Notes: a model not told the origin generated them from the sequence alone. A DNA stretch of 64,000 nucleotides from an uncultured Bacteroidota bacterium (GCA_963837415.1 CAWING010000012.1:532417-596416), one strand, 5' to 3'. Positions 21,991 to 31,504 are shown, counted from the stretch's first letter. Numbers and translations are program-made.

Positions 21991-22680
21991 TTAAGAGGTT
22001 CCAATCATCTTGGCTAATGCTAGTCGTATTACTTCCTCAACCTGTTCCTCAAGTGTGATATGAGTAGTGTCAATGGGTATCGCATCTTCCGCTTGCCTCA
22101 ATGGGCTTTCAGCGCGGGTGGTGTCGATTTTATCGCGTTGCACGATATTACTTATTACATCATCCAGATCGACTAAGCGGTCATGGTCAAGCAATTCCCT
22201 TTGACGTCGAAAAGCGCGTACCAGCAAATCCGCTGTCATAAAGAGTTTCAATTCAGCTTGCGGAAATACCACTGTGCCGATATCGCGTCCGTCCATTACA
22301 ACTGCTTTTTCCTTGCCCATTTTTCGTTGCTGATCCACCATGGAGGCCCTGACTTCTTTAATGGCACTTACCACGCTTACGCGTTCTGATACTCGCATGC
22401 TCCGTATAGCCTTTTCTACATTAAGACCATTGAGATAGGTTTCAGTTACTTTTTTTGAATTAACCTTAAATGAAATAGTGATTTCGTGAAGGGCTCTTGA
22501 TATTTCCTTCGGATTAGTCAAGGCAACGTGATGTTCCATAAAATATAATGTAACGGCGCGATACATGGCTCCCGAGTCTATATATTTATAACCAAGATTA
22601 TTCGCCACCATTTTTGCTGTACTGCTTTTTCCGCAAGCTGAATAGCCGTCAATAGCAACTACAATTTTACGAAGATTCAT
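21991..22680 (-). CDS. cmk: Cytidylate kinase
   Basis: AIDGYSACGKSS, DSGAMYRA, DGRDIGTVVFP, RDKID..R..SPL. Confidence 0.96.
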   Translation of the reverse strand: MNLRKIVVAIDGYSACGKSSTAKMVANNLGYKYIDSGAMYRAVTLYFMEHHVALTNPKEISRALHEITISFKVNSKKVTETYLNGLNVEKAIRSMRVSERVSVVSAIKEVRASMVDQQRKMGKEKAVVMDGRDIGTVVFPQAELKLFMTADLLVRAFRRQRELLDHDRLVDLDDVISNIVQRDKIDTTRAESPLRQAEDAIPIDTTHITLEEQVEEVIRLALAKMIGTS

Positions 22681-22814
22681 CAGCAATCTTTTTGAGGACA
22701 GGGAATCGGTTTTCCAGGTTTTAATTTCTTATGCTTGGTGGAATGATGTGATGCACAAGTTGAAATCAGGAGAACGATAGATGTTATGAATAAAAATCTT
22801 TGTAGTCGCTTCAC
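22680..22814 (-). CDS. Small (44 aa) putative secreted protein or lipoprotein
   Basis: GTG start, basic N-terminus, hydrophobic stretch ending ISTC, C-terminal PCPQKDC; TGATG overlap with cmk. Confidence 0.5.
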   Translation of the reverse strand: MKRLQRFLFITSIVLLISTCASHHSTKHKKLKPGKPIPCPQKDC

Positions 22815-22872
22815 GGTTTTTATATACTTGGTTGATTCTCTCAAAAATAGATAATTGAACGGGCTGTACAAC

Positions 22873-23562
22873 TTAGCCTTCCAGCTTATTTTGATATCCC
22901 AGTTTAAACCCAATCTTTTGGCCTGCACCCAACTCTTGGGCGCGTTCCATTTTTTGATGCAGCGTTACAGAGCGCACTTCAGGGAACGGTGGAGCAATTA
23001 AATCATTGTCGATAGCGATCATGAGCGCATGTTGAACTATGGTATTGAGATCACTTAAGGTAATCGAGTTTTCGGATATTTTATTGAACCTCTCTTTCAA
23101 TCCACCCTGGCCTTCAACAAGAAATTTGTTTTCGTGATTGATCAACAGCCGGGCAACGAGATAACCAGGGTCGTTGATTCTGCCAAATTTTACTGAGTCA
23201 GCCATAAAATTGTAAATCATGATCTGACCAAAATAGCGGTTGACGGCATTCTCTTTGATATATGGATCCTTCATCACGTCGTGTGTTTCATCAAACGTAA
23301 CGACATTGGTGTGAAGAACGAAGATCAGCAAGTCGCCTGCAAGTTTTACTTCAAATTCCTGCTCACTGGTAAATTTGAAATGAACGGTAACATCATCATC
23401 TGTAACGTGCGTTTTCTTGATCAATTCCGTTGTCATGCGCTGAGCTTCTTTGGCAAGTTCTTCGAAAGCAGCTACAATGTGCTTATAAGCCGCTTGTTTT
23501 GCCGTGGATTTACTCTCTAACAGGCGTTGAATATGATCGAGATTATTTTCGTGATCAGTCAT
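22873..23562 (-). CDS. Hypothetical protein
   Basis: 229-aa ORF with normal composition, co-oriented with cmk. Confidence 0.75.
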   Translation of the reverse strand: MTDHENNLDHIQRLLESKSTAKQAAYKHIVAAFEELAKEAQRMTTELIKKTHVTDDDVTVHFKFTSEQEFEVKLAGDLLIFVLHTNVVTFDETHDVMKDPYIKENAVNRYFGQIMIYNFMADSVKFGRINDPGYLVARLLINHENKFLVEGQGGLKERFNKISENSITLSDLNTIVQHALMIAIDNDLIAPPFPEVRSVTLHQKMERAQELGAGQKIGFKLGYQNKLEG

Positions 23563-23668
23563 ATTTGGGTAACTAAGTAGGCAAAAGTTTGTTAAACTTT
23601 ATACAAAACTTCTTTTAAACTTTCTGAAAGTATAGCCAGATCGTAAATTGACGGAAAAATAAACAAGC

Positions 23669-23956
23669 ATGGAAACAAATAACGAAGGAAAGAACGAGAA
23701 AAAGTTTAAAAACTTTGGCAAGAAGGTCGACGGATTCATGTCTGAATTAAATGAGGCAGCGGAAAAGCTTCAGAAAGAATTTCGGGAAAAGTATGAAGAA
23801 CTTAAATCAACCGCCGAAACTTTAAAAAAAGAATCAGAAAACAAAGATCGCTGGAAGGAAGTTGAGGAAAGTCTTAAAAAAGCAAGCGATGAATTCGCAA
23901 ATGCCTTCAAAGCTGCCTTCAGGAAAAGAGATCCTGAAAATCCTCCAACCGAATAG
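23669..23956 (+). CDS. Hypothetical charged helical protein
   Basis: 95-aa Lys/Glu-rich ORF with AT-rich leader and a downstream hairpin. Confidence 0.7.
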   Translation: METNNEGKNEKKFKNFGKKVDGFMSELNEAAEKLQKEFREKYEELKSTAETLKKESENKDRWKEVEESLKKASDEFANAFKAAFRKRDPENPPTE

Positions 23957-23958
23957 CT

Positions 23959-23986
23959 GTAACCGATGGCCTACTCCATCGGTTAC
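23959..23986. terminator. Hairpin between convergent genes
   Basis: GTAACCGATGG-CCTACT-CCATCGGTTAC, perfect 11-bp stem. Confidence 0.65.
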
Positions 23987-23990
23987 GCAC

Positions 23991-25397
23991 TCAAATTTTT
24001 ATCAACTTCCATTTACCTTGTCTGAAAATCAAGACAGCTACAACAGCCATCAGTGATTCAGCAATAGGAATTGCAGAGAACACTCCGGTGGTTCCTGCCT
24101 TGAACCCAATGGCTAAAGCATAAGCCAACGGAATCTGGAAAATCCAAAAACCAAAAAAACTTATTATCGTAGGCGTACGAGTATCTCCTGCCCCATTAAA
24201 GGACTGGTTAACTACCATACCATACGCATAGAAAATATAGCCAAGCGAAACAATCTGCAAACATTGAATGCCATTTTCCAATACATTTTTATCTGAAGTA
24301 AAGAGCTCAAGGATTGGACGTGCGAAAATAAAAAACACACAGGTGACAATGGCTAAAAAAATCATGTTAAAAAAGGCAGCCCGCCATACGGATTTTTCTG
24401 CGCGTTCGGGATGCCCAGCACCTAAATTCTGACCAACTAGCGTAGCTGCAGCATTCGCCATACCCCAGGCGGGAAGAATAGCAAAAACGATTACGCGAAT
24501 AGCAATTGTATATCCTGCTACAGCCGCGCTTCCAAACTCAGACATGATGCGCACCAGAAATATCCAACTGGCAGAGCCTATTAAAAACTGGCTTGTTCCC
24601 CCAGCTGAAACCTTCACCAAACGACCGATGATGTTCCATTTAATTCCAATATTCGCGGAATGGAGCTTAATCAAACCTCTTCCTCTGAATAGATGATACA
24701 GTTGAAATAAAACCCCGATTCCTCTTCCTATGTTCGTGGCAATTCCTGCTCCCTCTACACCAAAAGCAGGGATTGGGCCGACGCCAAAAATGAAGATCGG
24801 GTCTAAAATAATATTCATCAAATTCGCAATGATGAGTGCCCGCATCGCGATAAATGCATCTCCTGCTCCACGAAAAATTCCATTGATAAGGAATAAAAGC
24901 ATGATGCTCAGATTACCGATAAACATCCAACGGGTATATCCTGAATTTTTTTCGATCGATTGTTCACTAGCGCCCATAACGCGCAGGATATCATCAGAAA
25001 AGAAAATACCAACCAAGGTGATAACAAATGACAACCCTAACCCTATGTAGATCGCTTGGACTGCGGCAACTTGCGCCCCTTTTAGATCTTTCTCACCAAC
25101 CCGTCGGGCTACCATAGCCGTGGCACCCATGCTTAGTCCCATGGCCAGAGAATATATTAAAGTAAGGACGGATTCTGTTAGCCCAATGGTAGCAACTGCA
25201 TCATTGTCATGCAAACGACTTACAAAATAGACATCGACTACAGCAAACAATGCTTCCATGCTCATTTCGAAGATCATTGGAATCGATAAAAGGATTATAG
25301 CTTTATCAATACTACCTGAAGTATAATCCTGAGAATCGCCCTTTACAGCTTGCTTAAAAAGACGAATAAATGAAATGAGTTTAGTTAAACCTGACAT
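23991..25397 (-). CDS. MATE family efflux transporter
   Basis: Multi-TM; LSIPMIFEM..EALFAVVD, FRGAGD, NIILDPIFIFG, GAGDTRTP. Confidence 0.93.
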   Translation of the reverse strand: MSGLTKLISFIRLFKQAVKGDSQDYTSGSIDKAIILLSIPMIFEMSMEALFAVVDVYFVSRLHDNDAVATIGLTESVLTLIYSLAMGLSMGATAMVARRVGEKDLKGAQVAAVQAIYIGLGLSFVITLVGIFFSDDILRVMGASEQSIEKNSGYTRWMFIGNLSIMLLFLINGIFRGAGDAFIAMRALIIANLMNIILDPIFIFGVGPIPAFGVEGAGIATNIGRGIGVLFQLYHLFRGRGLIKLHSANIGIKWNIIGRLVKVSAGGTSQFLIGSASWIFLVRIMSEFGSAAVAGYTIAIRVIVFAILPAWGMANAAATLVGQNLGAGHPERAEKSVWRAAFFNMIFLAIVTCVFFIFARPILELFTSDKNVLENGIQCLQIVSLGYIFYAYGMVVNQSFNGAGDTRTPTIISFFGFWIFQIPLAYALAIGFKAGTTGVFSAIPIAESLMAVVAVLIFRQGKWKLIKI

Positions 25398-25421
25398 TCA
25401 ATAACGATTTAAAGATGAATA

Positions 25422-25452
25422 GAAAGAAAAAGAAACTTCAGAATTGAAGTTT
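25422..25452 (-). terminator. Putative attenuator terminator in the MATE 5' leader
   Basis: AAACTTCA-ATTC-TGAAGTTT followed by CTTTTTCTTTC, about 25 nt before the MATE ATG; the stem is AT-rich. Confidence 0.5.
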
Positions 25453-25478
25453 AGAAAAGATGCTTGGACGTACCAAAC

Positions 25479-25496
25479 TTAAAATATGAGAATCAT
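25479..25496 (-). CDS. Putative leader peptide MILIF (uORF)
   Basis: ATG ATT CTC ATA TTT TAA upstream of the hairpin and the MATE gene; resembles the MsrDL leader MYLIFM. Confidence 0.5.
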   Translation of the reverse strand: MILIF

Positions 25497-25641
25497 AGGC
25501 GTTAAAGAATGCGCGTAAATTAATGCTTACGATAAAGGTGCAATAAAGTTTAGATTATTTTCGAGAATGTCTATTATTTTTAGAAACTATAAAAAAGGGA
25601 ACCTCATCGGCTCCTATCTTATTAAAAAGTTTCAAAAAAAT

Positions 25642-26355
25642 TTAATCCTTCTGCACCGTACTTGCTCCTGAAATATCTGATATCACTGTGGGGTTACCAC
25701 GGTATAAAACTGAACTTGCACCACTTACAGTAGCGTTTAGTTCATCCGTTACTGCAACTTTTCCTTCGCTGGAGCCCGACACATTAATAGTTGCTTCTCT
25801 TACCGGATAATCGAAAGCTTTAAGAGCGGATGCACCGGAAACTTCAGCATTTAATGCATCGCCTGAACCATGAAGTACAAGACTCGACGCACCAGCCACC
25901 ACGAGGTCTATTGCATCATAGTCAGCATCAAGCTGAGAAACGGAAGAACCGGAAAGGTAAAAATTAAGATTTTCCTCACTTTCAAAACCGGTGATTCTGG
26001 AAACACTCGCACCTGAAAAATTTACCCCCTTTAATCGGGGCATCGTAATGGTTACATAGGTATCGTGGTGCCGGTTAGCATTGTCGTCAAACTTAACGAT
26101 GAGTGTATTTCCTGTTTTATATACATCCAGATCATCAATATTTCTTCGGTCACCCCTGATTTGTACACTAAATGTATTTGCTTGTTCCACCACGATATTA
26201 AAGAAGCTTCCCATTTCCAGGCGATCGAAATCAACGATGGGAAATTCCTTCCGTGTTTCTTGCAAAGGTCCGGGATCCTCTCGCCAACAGGAAGTTAGAA
26301 TGGAGGATAGAACGATAAAAAAAAATCTTGCAGGGATTTTTAAGCGTCTCAACAT
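25642..26355 (-). CDS. Head GIN domain (DUF2807) lipoprotein
   Basis: Lipobox LTSC; repeated SGAS/SGSS beta-helix units; YRGNP. Confidence 0.85.
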   Translation of the reverse strand: MLRRLKIPARFFFIVLSSILTSCWREDPGPLQETRKEFPIVDFDRLEMGSFFNIVVEQANTFSVQIRGDRRNIDDLDVYKTGNTLIVKFDDNANRHHDTYVTITMPRLKGVNFSGASVSRITGFESEENLNFYLSGSSVSQLDADYDAIDLVVAGASSLVLHGSGDALNAEVSGASALKAFDYPVREATINVSGSSEGKVAVTDELNATVSGASSVLYRGNPTVISDISGASTVQKD

Positions 26356-26421
26356 AAATTTAATTGTTGTTTCGCTAAAGACAATTGAATTAGGTTAAAC
26401 CCCTACGCCTTTCGGCAACAA

Positions 26422-27789
26422 TTAAATTTTATCTGTCTGGGATATCGAAATGGTTTTAATGTTCACAAATTCCCTGATACCAAATTCAGATAATTCCCGA
26501 CCGTACCCTGATTTTTTTACCCCACCGAAAGGTAATCTAACATCAGATCGCATTAATGAATTAATTAAAACTGAGCCCGAATCTATTTCCCGAGCTATCC
26601 GTTCGCCTTTTTTTAAATCCTGCGTCCAGACCGTAGCACCCAAGCCATACCGTGTTTGATTTGCCAGACCAATCGCGTCCTCTTCATTTTTGGCTCCTAT
26701 TACCGCCGCCAAAGGACCAAAAGTTTCTTCATCAAAAGCCGGCATTCCAGGTTGAACGTTATCTAGTAAAGCCGCTTGAAAATTGCAGCCATCTCTCTTG
26801 CCGCCGCATAGAAGTTTTGCACCTTTCTCCACAGATTTTTTTAGTTGTACTTCAATTTTTTCGGCAAGATCAAGGCGGGCAAGCGGACCAAGCGTTGTTT
26901 TTTCGTCGAACGGGTCACCTTGTATTAACGCTTTGATACTTTCTTCAAACCGAGCTACGAATTCTTTCTTTATATCGTCGAGAACAATAAATCGTTTAGC
27001 AGCAATGCATGACTGACCGACATTTTGCATACGCGACTGTGTTGCAATTTTTACAGTTCGATCCAGATCAGCATCAGATAAGACAATAAAGGCATCGCTT
27101 CCGCCAAGTTCAAGCACCGTTTTCTTAATGTTTTTACCCGCAATGGAAGCAACTTGTGAACCTGCGAGTTCGCTTCCCGTGAGTGCCACACCTTGTACTA
27201 TGTTCGAAGATATGATATCCTCCACGAGGTTCACATCGATAACCAAACTCTGAAAAGCACCTTGAGGAAAACCTGCTTCCAGAAAAATTTTTTCAATCTG
27301 TAAGGAGCACGTTGTAACATTGGGAGCATGTTTTAGCAAGCCAACATTACCTGCCATAAGAGCTGGAGCGGCAAATCTGAATACTTGCCAAAAGGGAAAA
27401 TTCCAAGGCATAATCGCTAACACGGCGCCAACTGGTTGGAATGCGATGATGCTTTTACGAGCTTCCGTAGTAATATGTTGATCGTCCAGGAACTGCTCAG
27501 CATGTTGAGCAAAAAACTCACAGGCGGTAGCGCTTTTCTCAACCTCTGCCCGTGCTTCGGACAAAAGCTTACCCATTTCTAAGGTAATCGTTCGAGCATA
27601 TTCCTCTTTATTTTGACGAATGATTGCTGCTGCCTTCAGCATCAATGCGCTTCGATGTGCATACGAAGTTTTTTTCCAATCTCTAAATGCGTTGGATGCT
27701 ATGTTAAGTTTTTCATGTACTTCAGCAGGGCCTATCAATGGAAACTCACCAACAAGGGATTGATCAAAAGGGTGTATGGACTTAAACAT
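26422..27789 (-). CDS. NAD-dependent succinate-semialdehyde dehydrogenase (ALDH family)
   Basis: MPWNFPFWQ, LKHA, TGS, LELGGSD, GQSCIAAKR, EETFGP, PFGGVKKSGYGRE. Confidence 0.92.
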   Translation of the reverse strand: MFKSIHPFDQSLVGEFPLIGPAEVHEKLNIASNAFRDWKKTSYAHRSALMLKAAAIIRQNKEEYARTITLEMGKLLSEARAEVEKSATACEFFAQHAEQFLDDQHITTEARKSIIAFQPVGAVLAIMPWNFPFWQVFRFAAPALMAGNVGLLKHAPNVTTCSLQIEKIFLEAGFPQGAFQSLVIDVNLVEDIISSNIVQGVALTGSELAGSQVASIAGKNIKKTVLELGGSDAFIVLSDADLDRTVKIATQSRMQNVGQSCIAAKRFIVLDDIKKEFVARFEESIKALIQGDPFDEKTTLGPLARLDLAEKIEVQLKKSVEKGAKLLCGGKRDGCNFQAALLDNVQPGMPAFDEETFGPLAAVIGAKNEEDAIGLANQTRYGLGATVWTQDLKKGERIAREIDSGSVLINSLMRSDVRLPFGGVKKSGYGRELSEFGIREFVNIKTISISQTDKI

Positions 27790-27822
27790 GGGATCTTAAA
27801 TTTATTCAGTAACTGCAAAACG

Positions 27823-27856
27823 AAAAAAAGAAAAGCCAGGTTCGATGCCTGACTTT
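27823..27856 (-). terminator. Intrinsic terminator of rplM-rpsI-rpsB-tsf
   Basis: AAAGTCAGG-CATCGAA-CCTGGCTTT followed by TCTTTTTTT. Confidence 0.75.
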
Positions 27857-27882
27857 GTGTTTAATGGTCCTTGATTTTGAAT

Positions 27883-27960
27883 GCTTCAAGCCTCAAGCTT
27901 TAAGCTGCAAGTTGTTCGATTCAATGAAAGGCTTGCAGCTTGCTGCTTGGAGCTTGTAGC
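27883..27960. repeat. Heptamer-periodic inverted repeat, AAGCT family
   Basis: GCTTCAA GCCTCAA GCTTTAA GCTGCAA versus TTGCAGC TTGCTGC TTGGAGC TTGTAGC. Confidence 0.88.
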
Positions 27961-27989
27961 CGTAGGACATGTTGATTAAAAGGAACTTG

Positions 27990-28823
27990 TTAACCGATAG
28001 TGACTCGCTTAAATTCGGCAACAGTTAATCCTTTTGAAACACTGTCCAGGTATTGCGCTACAGTTTTGGAATTATCCTTTACAAATGCCTGATGCAATAA
28101 GGTGCTTTCTTTAAAAAACTTGTTAAGCTTGCCTTGAGCAATTTTCTCCACCATGTTTGCCGGCTTTCCTTCAGCCAGAATTTGCGCCTTGGCAATCTCC
28201 AATTCTTTGTCTATGATACTTCTATCGACAGACTTCTCATCAACAGCAACAGGATTCATCGCTGCAATTTGCATCCCTACATCTTTACCGGCTTCAGTGA
28301 CGTCCTTACCATTTATACCTTTTAATGAAACTAAAACACCAAGTTTTGATCCAACGTGGATATAGGGGACCACAGTTTCACCTTTCATGTGAATGTATTC
28401 ACTCACTTCTATTTTTTCGCCAATCTTACCAACCAATTCAACAATCTTATCATTTAAGGTAAGGGATCCTGCATTTAGATTCAGCAATGCTTCTTTATCA
28501 GCGGGCTTATTGCTGAAAGCAGTTTCGGCTATAAGTTTGCCTAATGATTGAAACTCCTCATTCTTAGCTACAAAATCAGTTTCACAATTAAGCGCAATAA
28601 GAACAGCTTCTTTTTTATCATCGCTTACCTTGATAAACACTGAGCCTTCTTTTGCGTCTCTGTCCGAACGGGAAGCAGAAACTTTCTGTCCTTTTTTTCT
28701 TAAGATCTCAATGGCTTTTTCAAAATCTCCTTCTGCTTCGGTGAGTGCTTTTTTACAATCCATCATACCGGCACCCGTCATTTGCCGGAGTTTATTTACA
28801 TCTTGTGCTGAAATAGCTGACAT
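27990..28823 (-). CDS. tsf: Translation elongation factor Ts
   Basis: LRQMTGAGMMDCKKAL, NCETDFVA. Confidence 0.98.
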   Translation of the reverse strand: MSAISAQDVNKLRQMTGAGMMDCKKALTEAEGDFEKAIEILRKKGQKVSASRSDRDAKEGSVFIKVSDDKKEAVLIALNCETDFVAKNEEFQSLGKLIAETAFSNKPADKEALLNLNAGSLTLNDKIVELVGKIGEKIEVSEYIHMKGETVVPYIHVGSKLGVLVSLKGINGKDVTEAGKDVGMQIAAMNPVAVDEKSVDRSIIDKELEIAKAQILAEGKPANMVEKIAQGKLNKFFKESTLLHQAFVKDNSKTVAQYLDSVSKGLTVAEFKRVTIG

Positions 28824-28925
28824 AGTTATTTTGATTTAGAATTTACACTTGGCCTAAAATAAACCGTCCTACCAGCTTAAGAATTTGCAAAGCGGCAGGA
28901 CGATTAAAACTTTCTATTGTTAATA

Positions 28926-29696
28926 TTACTTTGCTTCTTCTACCGGTTCGTCAACTCTTCTTTTTTCGTCTTCATCTTTCTTGTGAGCTGCATCTTCTTT
29001 GTCTTTCTTGCGCTCCATCAATGATTCTTCAATTACCTTGGCTATATATTTAGTCAGTATTGAAATAGATTTAAAAGCATCATCATTAGCCGGCACGGGG
29101 AAGTCAACTCCGGAAGGATCCGAGTTGGTGTCTACCAACGCAAATACCGGTATATTTAATTTTTGTGCTTCGGTCACAGCGATATGTTCGCGCTTTACAT
29201 CAATTACAAAAAGAGCGGCGGGCAACCTGTTAAGATCAGCAATACCACCGAGCAATTTTTCAAGTTTAGCTTTCTCGCGAGTGACCATTAAACGCTCGCG
29301 CTTTGCAAGGTTGTTGAAGGCATCGTCCTTTATTAACTTATCAATTTGCGCGAGTTTCTTCAATGACTTTCTGATCGTAGCAAAGTTGGTAAGCATACCT
29401 CCTAGCCAGCGCTCGGTTACAAAAGGCATGTTCAACCGCTTTGCCTCCTCCGTAACGATATCTTTAGCCTGTTTTTTAGTAGCTACGAACATGATTTTGC
29501 GACCCGAGCGAACAATGTTCTTCAGCGCAAAAGTAGCTTCGTCCAGCTGCGTTAAGGTCTTATTCAGGTCAATGATGTGGATACCATTGTTTTCCATAAA
29601 GATGAACTCTGCCATCTTTGGATTCCACTTACGGGTAAGGTGACCAAAGTGAACCCCCGCATCCAATAATTCCTGATATGTTAATTTTTCAGCCAT
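28926..29696 (-). CDS. rpsB: 30S ribosomal protein S2
   Basis: AGVHFGH, WNPKM, RWLGGMLTN, DTNSDP, PANDD. Confidence 0.99.
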   Translation of the reverse strand: MAEKLTYQELLDAGVHFGHLTRKWNPKMAEFIFMENNGIHIIDLNKTLTQLDEATFALKNIVRSGRKIMFVATKKQAKDIVTEEAKRLNMPFVTERWLGGMLTNFATIRKSLKKLAQIDKLIKDDAFNNLAKRERLMVTREKAKLEKLLGGIADLNRLPAALFVIDVKREHIAVTEAQKLNIPVFALVDTNSDPSGVDFPVPANDDAFKSISILTKYIAKVIEESLMERKKDKEDAAHKKDEDEKRRVDEPVEEAK

Positions 29697-29716
29697 TCTA
29701 TTTTTTACGTATTATT

Positions 29717-30103
29717 CTATCGCTTGCTAAACTGAAATTTCCTTCTTGCTTTTCTACGTCCTGGTTTCTTACGTTCTACCATACGCGAATCACGGGTCAT
29801 GAAACCTTCTTTTCTTAGCACTGGTTTGTTTTCAGCATTGATTTCAACAAGTGCACGGGCAATCCCTAAACGCACAGCTTCCGCTTGTCCCGTTACGCCG
29901 CCACCTTCAACGTTTACAGTTACATCGTAACTGCTTTCCAATTTCAAAGCAGCTAACGCTTGCTTCGCCAGGGTTTGGTGAATCTCAGAAAGAAAATATT
30001 CTTTTAGCTCCCGGTCATTTATTATTATATCTCCTTTACCAGGTTTCACATATACTCTGGCAATTGATGTTTTTCGTCTTCCAATTGTATTTGTAATCTG
30101 CAT
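29717..30103 (-). CDS. rpsI: 30S ribosomal protein S9
   Basis: GRRKTS, GGGVTGQA, ERKKPG, QFSKR. Confidence 0.99.
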   Translation of the reverse strand: MQITNTIGRRKTSIARVYVKPGKGDIIINDRELKEYFLSEIHQTLAKQALAALKLESSYDVTVNVEGGGVTGQAEAVRLGIARALVEINAENKPVLRKEGFMTRDSRMVERKKPGRRKARRKFQFSKR

Positions 30104-30105
30104 GT

Positions 30106-30549
30106 TCAGAATTTTAATTCTTTAGGTTGTTGTGCTACGTGGGGATGTTCAGTTCCCGCATACACATGCAGACTTCTGAAGAGTTCACTACCCAATCTGT
30201 TTTTAGGAAGCATGCCGCGAACTGCATGTTCGACAAGGCGCTCGGGGTGTTTAGAACGAATGAGTGTAGGAGTGTGCTCACGCTGGCCACCTGGATAACC
30301 CGAATGGGTAAAAATAACCCTGTCAGTCCATTTCTTACCTGTCATTCTAACTTTCTCTGCGTTTATAACAATAACATTGTCACCGCAATCCACGTGAGGA
30401 CTGTAGCTTGTTTTGTGTTTGCCACGAATAATACGGGCTACTTGGCTCGCTACACGACCTAAAACCTGTGAATTTGCATCCACGACAAACCAACCTTTCT
30501 CGACGGTGGCCTTATTGGCGTAGCTTGTTTTATAGCTATTGTGATCCAT
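30106..30549 (-). CDS. rplM: 50S ribosomal protein L13
   Basis: LGRVAS, GKHK, PHVDCGD, AVRGMLPKN, HPHVAQQP. Confidence 0.99.
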   Translation of the reverse strand: MDHNSYKTSYANKATVEKGWFVVDANSQVLGRVASQVARIIRGKHKTSYSPHVDCGDNVIVINAEKVRMTGKKWTDRVIFTHSGYPGGQREHTPTLIRSKHPERLVEHAVRGMLPKNRLGSELFRSLHVYAGTEHPHVAQQPKELKF

Positions 30550-30579
30550 TTTTTATGATATAAATCAAATTAAATACCT

Positions 30580-30631
30580 ACCCCCTTTCAAAAAGGGACA
30601 CAAAGGTAAATTGCCGCCCCGGGAAATGCAA
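30580..30631 (-). promoter_or_regulatory. rplM promoter and 5' leader hairpin
   Basis: TTG-N20-TACCTTTG (-33/-7) followed by CCCTTT-TTG-AAAGGG hairpin. Confidence 0.6.
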
Positions 30632-30755
30632 GCTGCTTTTACAATTTTGTCAGATGACGAAGTTTCTTGAAATCCTCAAATCAAGCCGTAAAACGAGCTT
30701 TTTACATTATGCTAAGCAACCGCGCTCAAATTTTTCTCCCGCTTGATAGCAAAGT

Positions 30756-31191
30756 TTAAAATTTAGCAGACCTCGCTTTCATCTCCTCCTTGGACAATTC
30801 TTCAAGAACCTGTGCAATCCACATTGATGGCCTGAGGGGTCTTTGAAGCCACCTTCGCGATAACCATAAAATCGGTCGCCAGGTTCCATTATAACGAGTG
30901 CACCTCGTTCAAGAGCTCGCTTAAAAACGGCATTGGCGTTATGAACAAAAATGTATACCATACTTTGATCGGGATACCCAGGTTGGGCCTTTCCTATAAT
31001 AATGACTGAATCGTCAAGACGATTTCTGCGTGACGGATAGAGCCATCAGCTGACGAAAGTTTTTCCGTGATTTCAGCGTCAAATACTTCGCTGAGAAAAT
31101 CAAGGAGATTCTCAATTTCATTTACCATCAGGTACGGACAAACACGGGAGTATCCTCGTGGTGCCGGGTTTTGCAACGTTTTCTTTTCCAT
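30756..31191 (-). CDS. VOC / PhnB-like glyoxalase family protein, frameshifted
   Basis: VCPYLMV, FDAEI...DGSIRHAE, RALERGA, DRFYGYREGGFKDPSGHQ; corrected end ...KARSAKF* at 30756. Confidence 0.8.
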
Positions 31192-31241
31192 AGCTTTTAA
31201 AGTTTAATGACTTAAAAGTGGATGAAAAGAAGAAAGCGAGA

Positions 31242-31257
31242 TTGGATAAATACGACA
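31242..31257 (-). promoter_or_regulatory. Candidate AraC-type operator TGTCG-N-CAA upstream of the VOC gene
   Basis: Minus strand TGTCGTATTTATCCAA about 50 nt upstream of the ATG; assignment to the AraC regulator is inferred. Confidence 0.35.
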
Positions 31258-31348
31258 TGACCGTTCACAATAATTCCTGGCACAGCAATCTGGTCGCAAC
31301 AGTGCATAGATGACTTAATCAAACACCCCTCGAATTCATTTGACATCC

Positions 31349-31364
31349 TGGCAATCCTGTTGCA
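31349..31364 (+). promoter_or_regulatory. Sigma54-like -24/-12 element
   Basis: TGGCAATCCTGTTGCA has exact GG-N10-GC spacing, 140 nt upstream of the ABC permease. Confidence 0.35.
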
Positions 31365-31504
31365 GGGTATATTTTAAAATTATTTAATCTAAATTTCCTT
31401 AATTAATGAATCAATATTCAAGCCGGCTGAAGCTCATGGCTGGCACACGAGAGTAAAAAAGGAAGGACAAATATTATTTCCATTCATCCTAAATTACAAT
31501 TGCT

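Noticed and set aside
28999-29643. Long antisense ORFs (for example 214 aa opposite rpsB, and many 60-170 aa shadows)
   Set aside because: They are antisense or alternative-frame shadows of conserved genes with no recognisable motifs.
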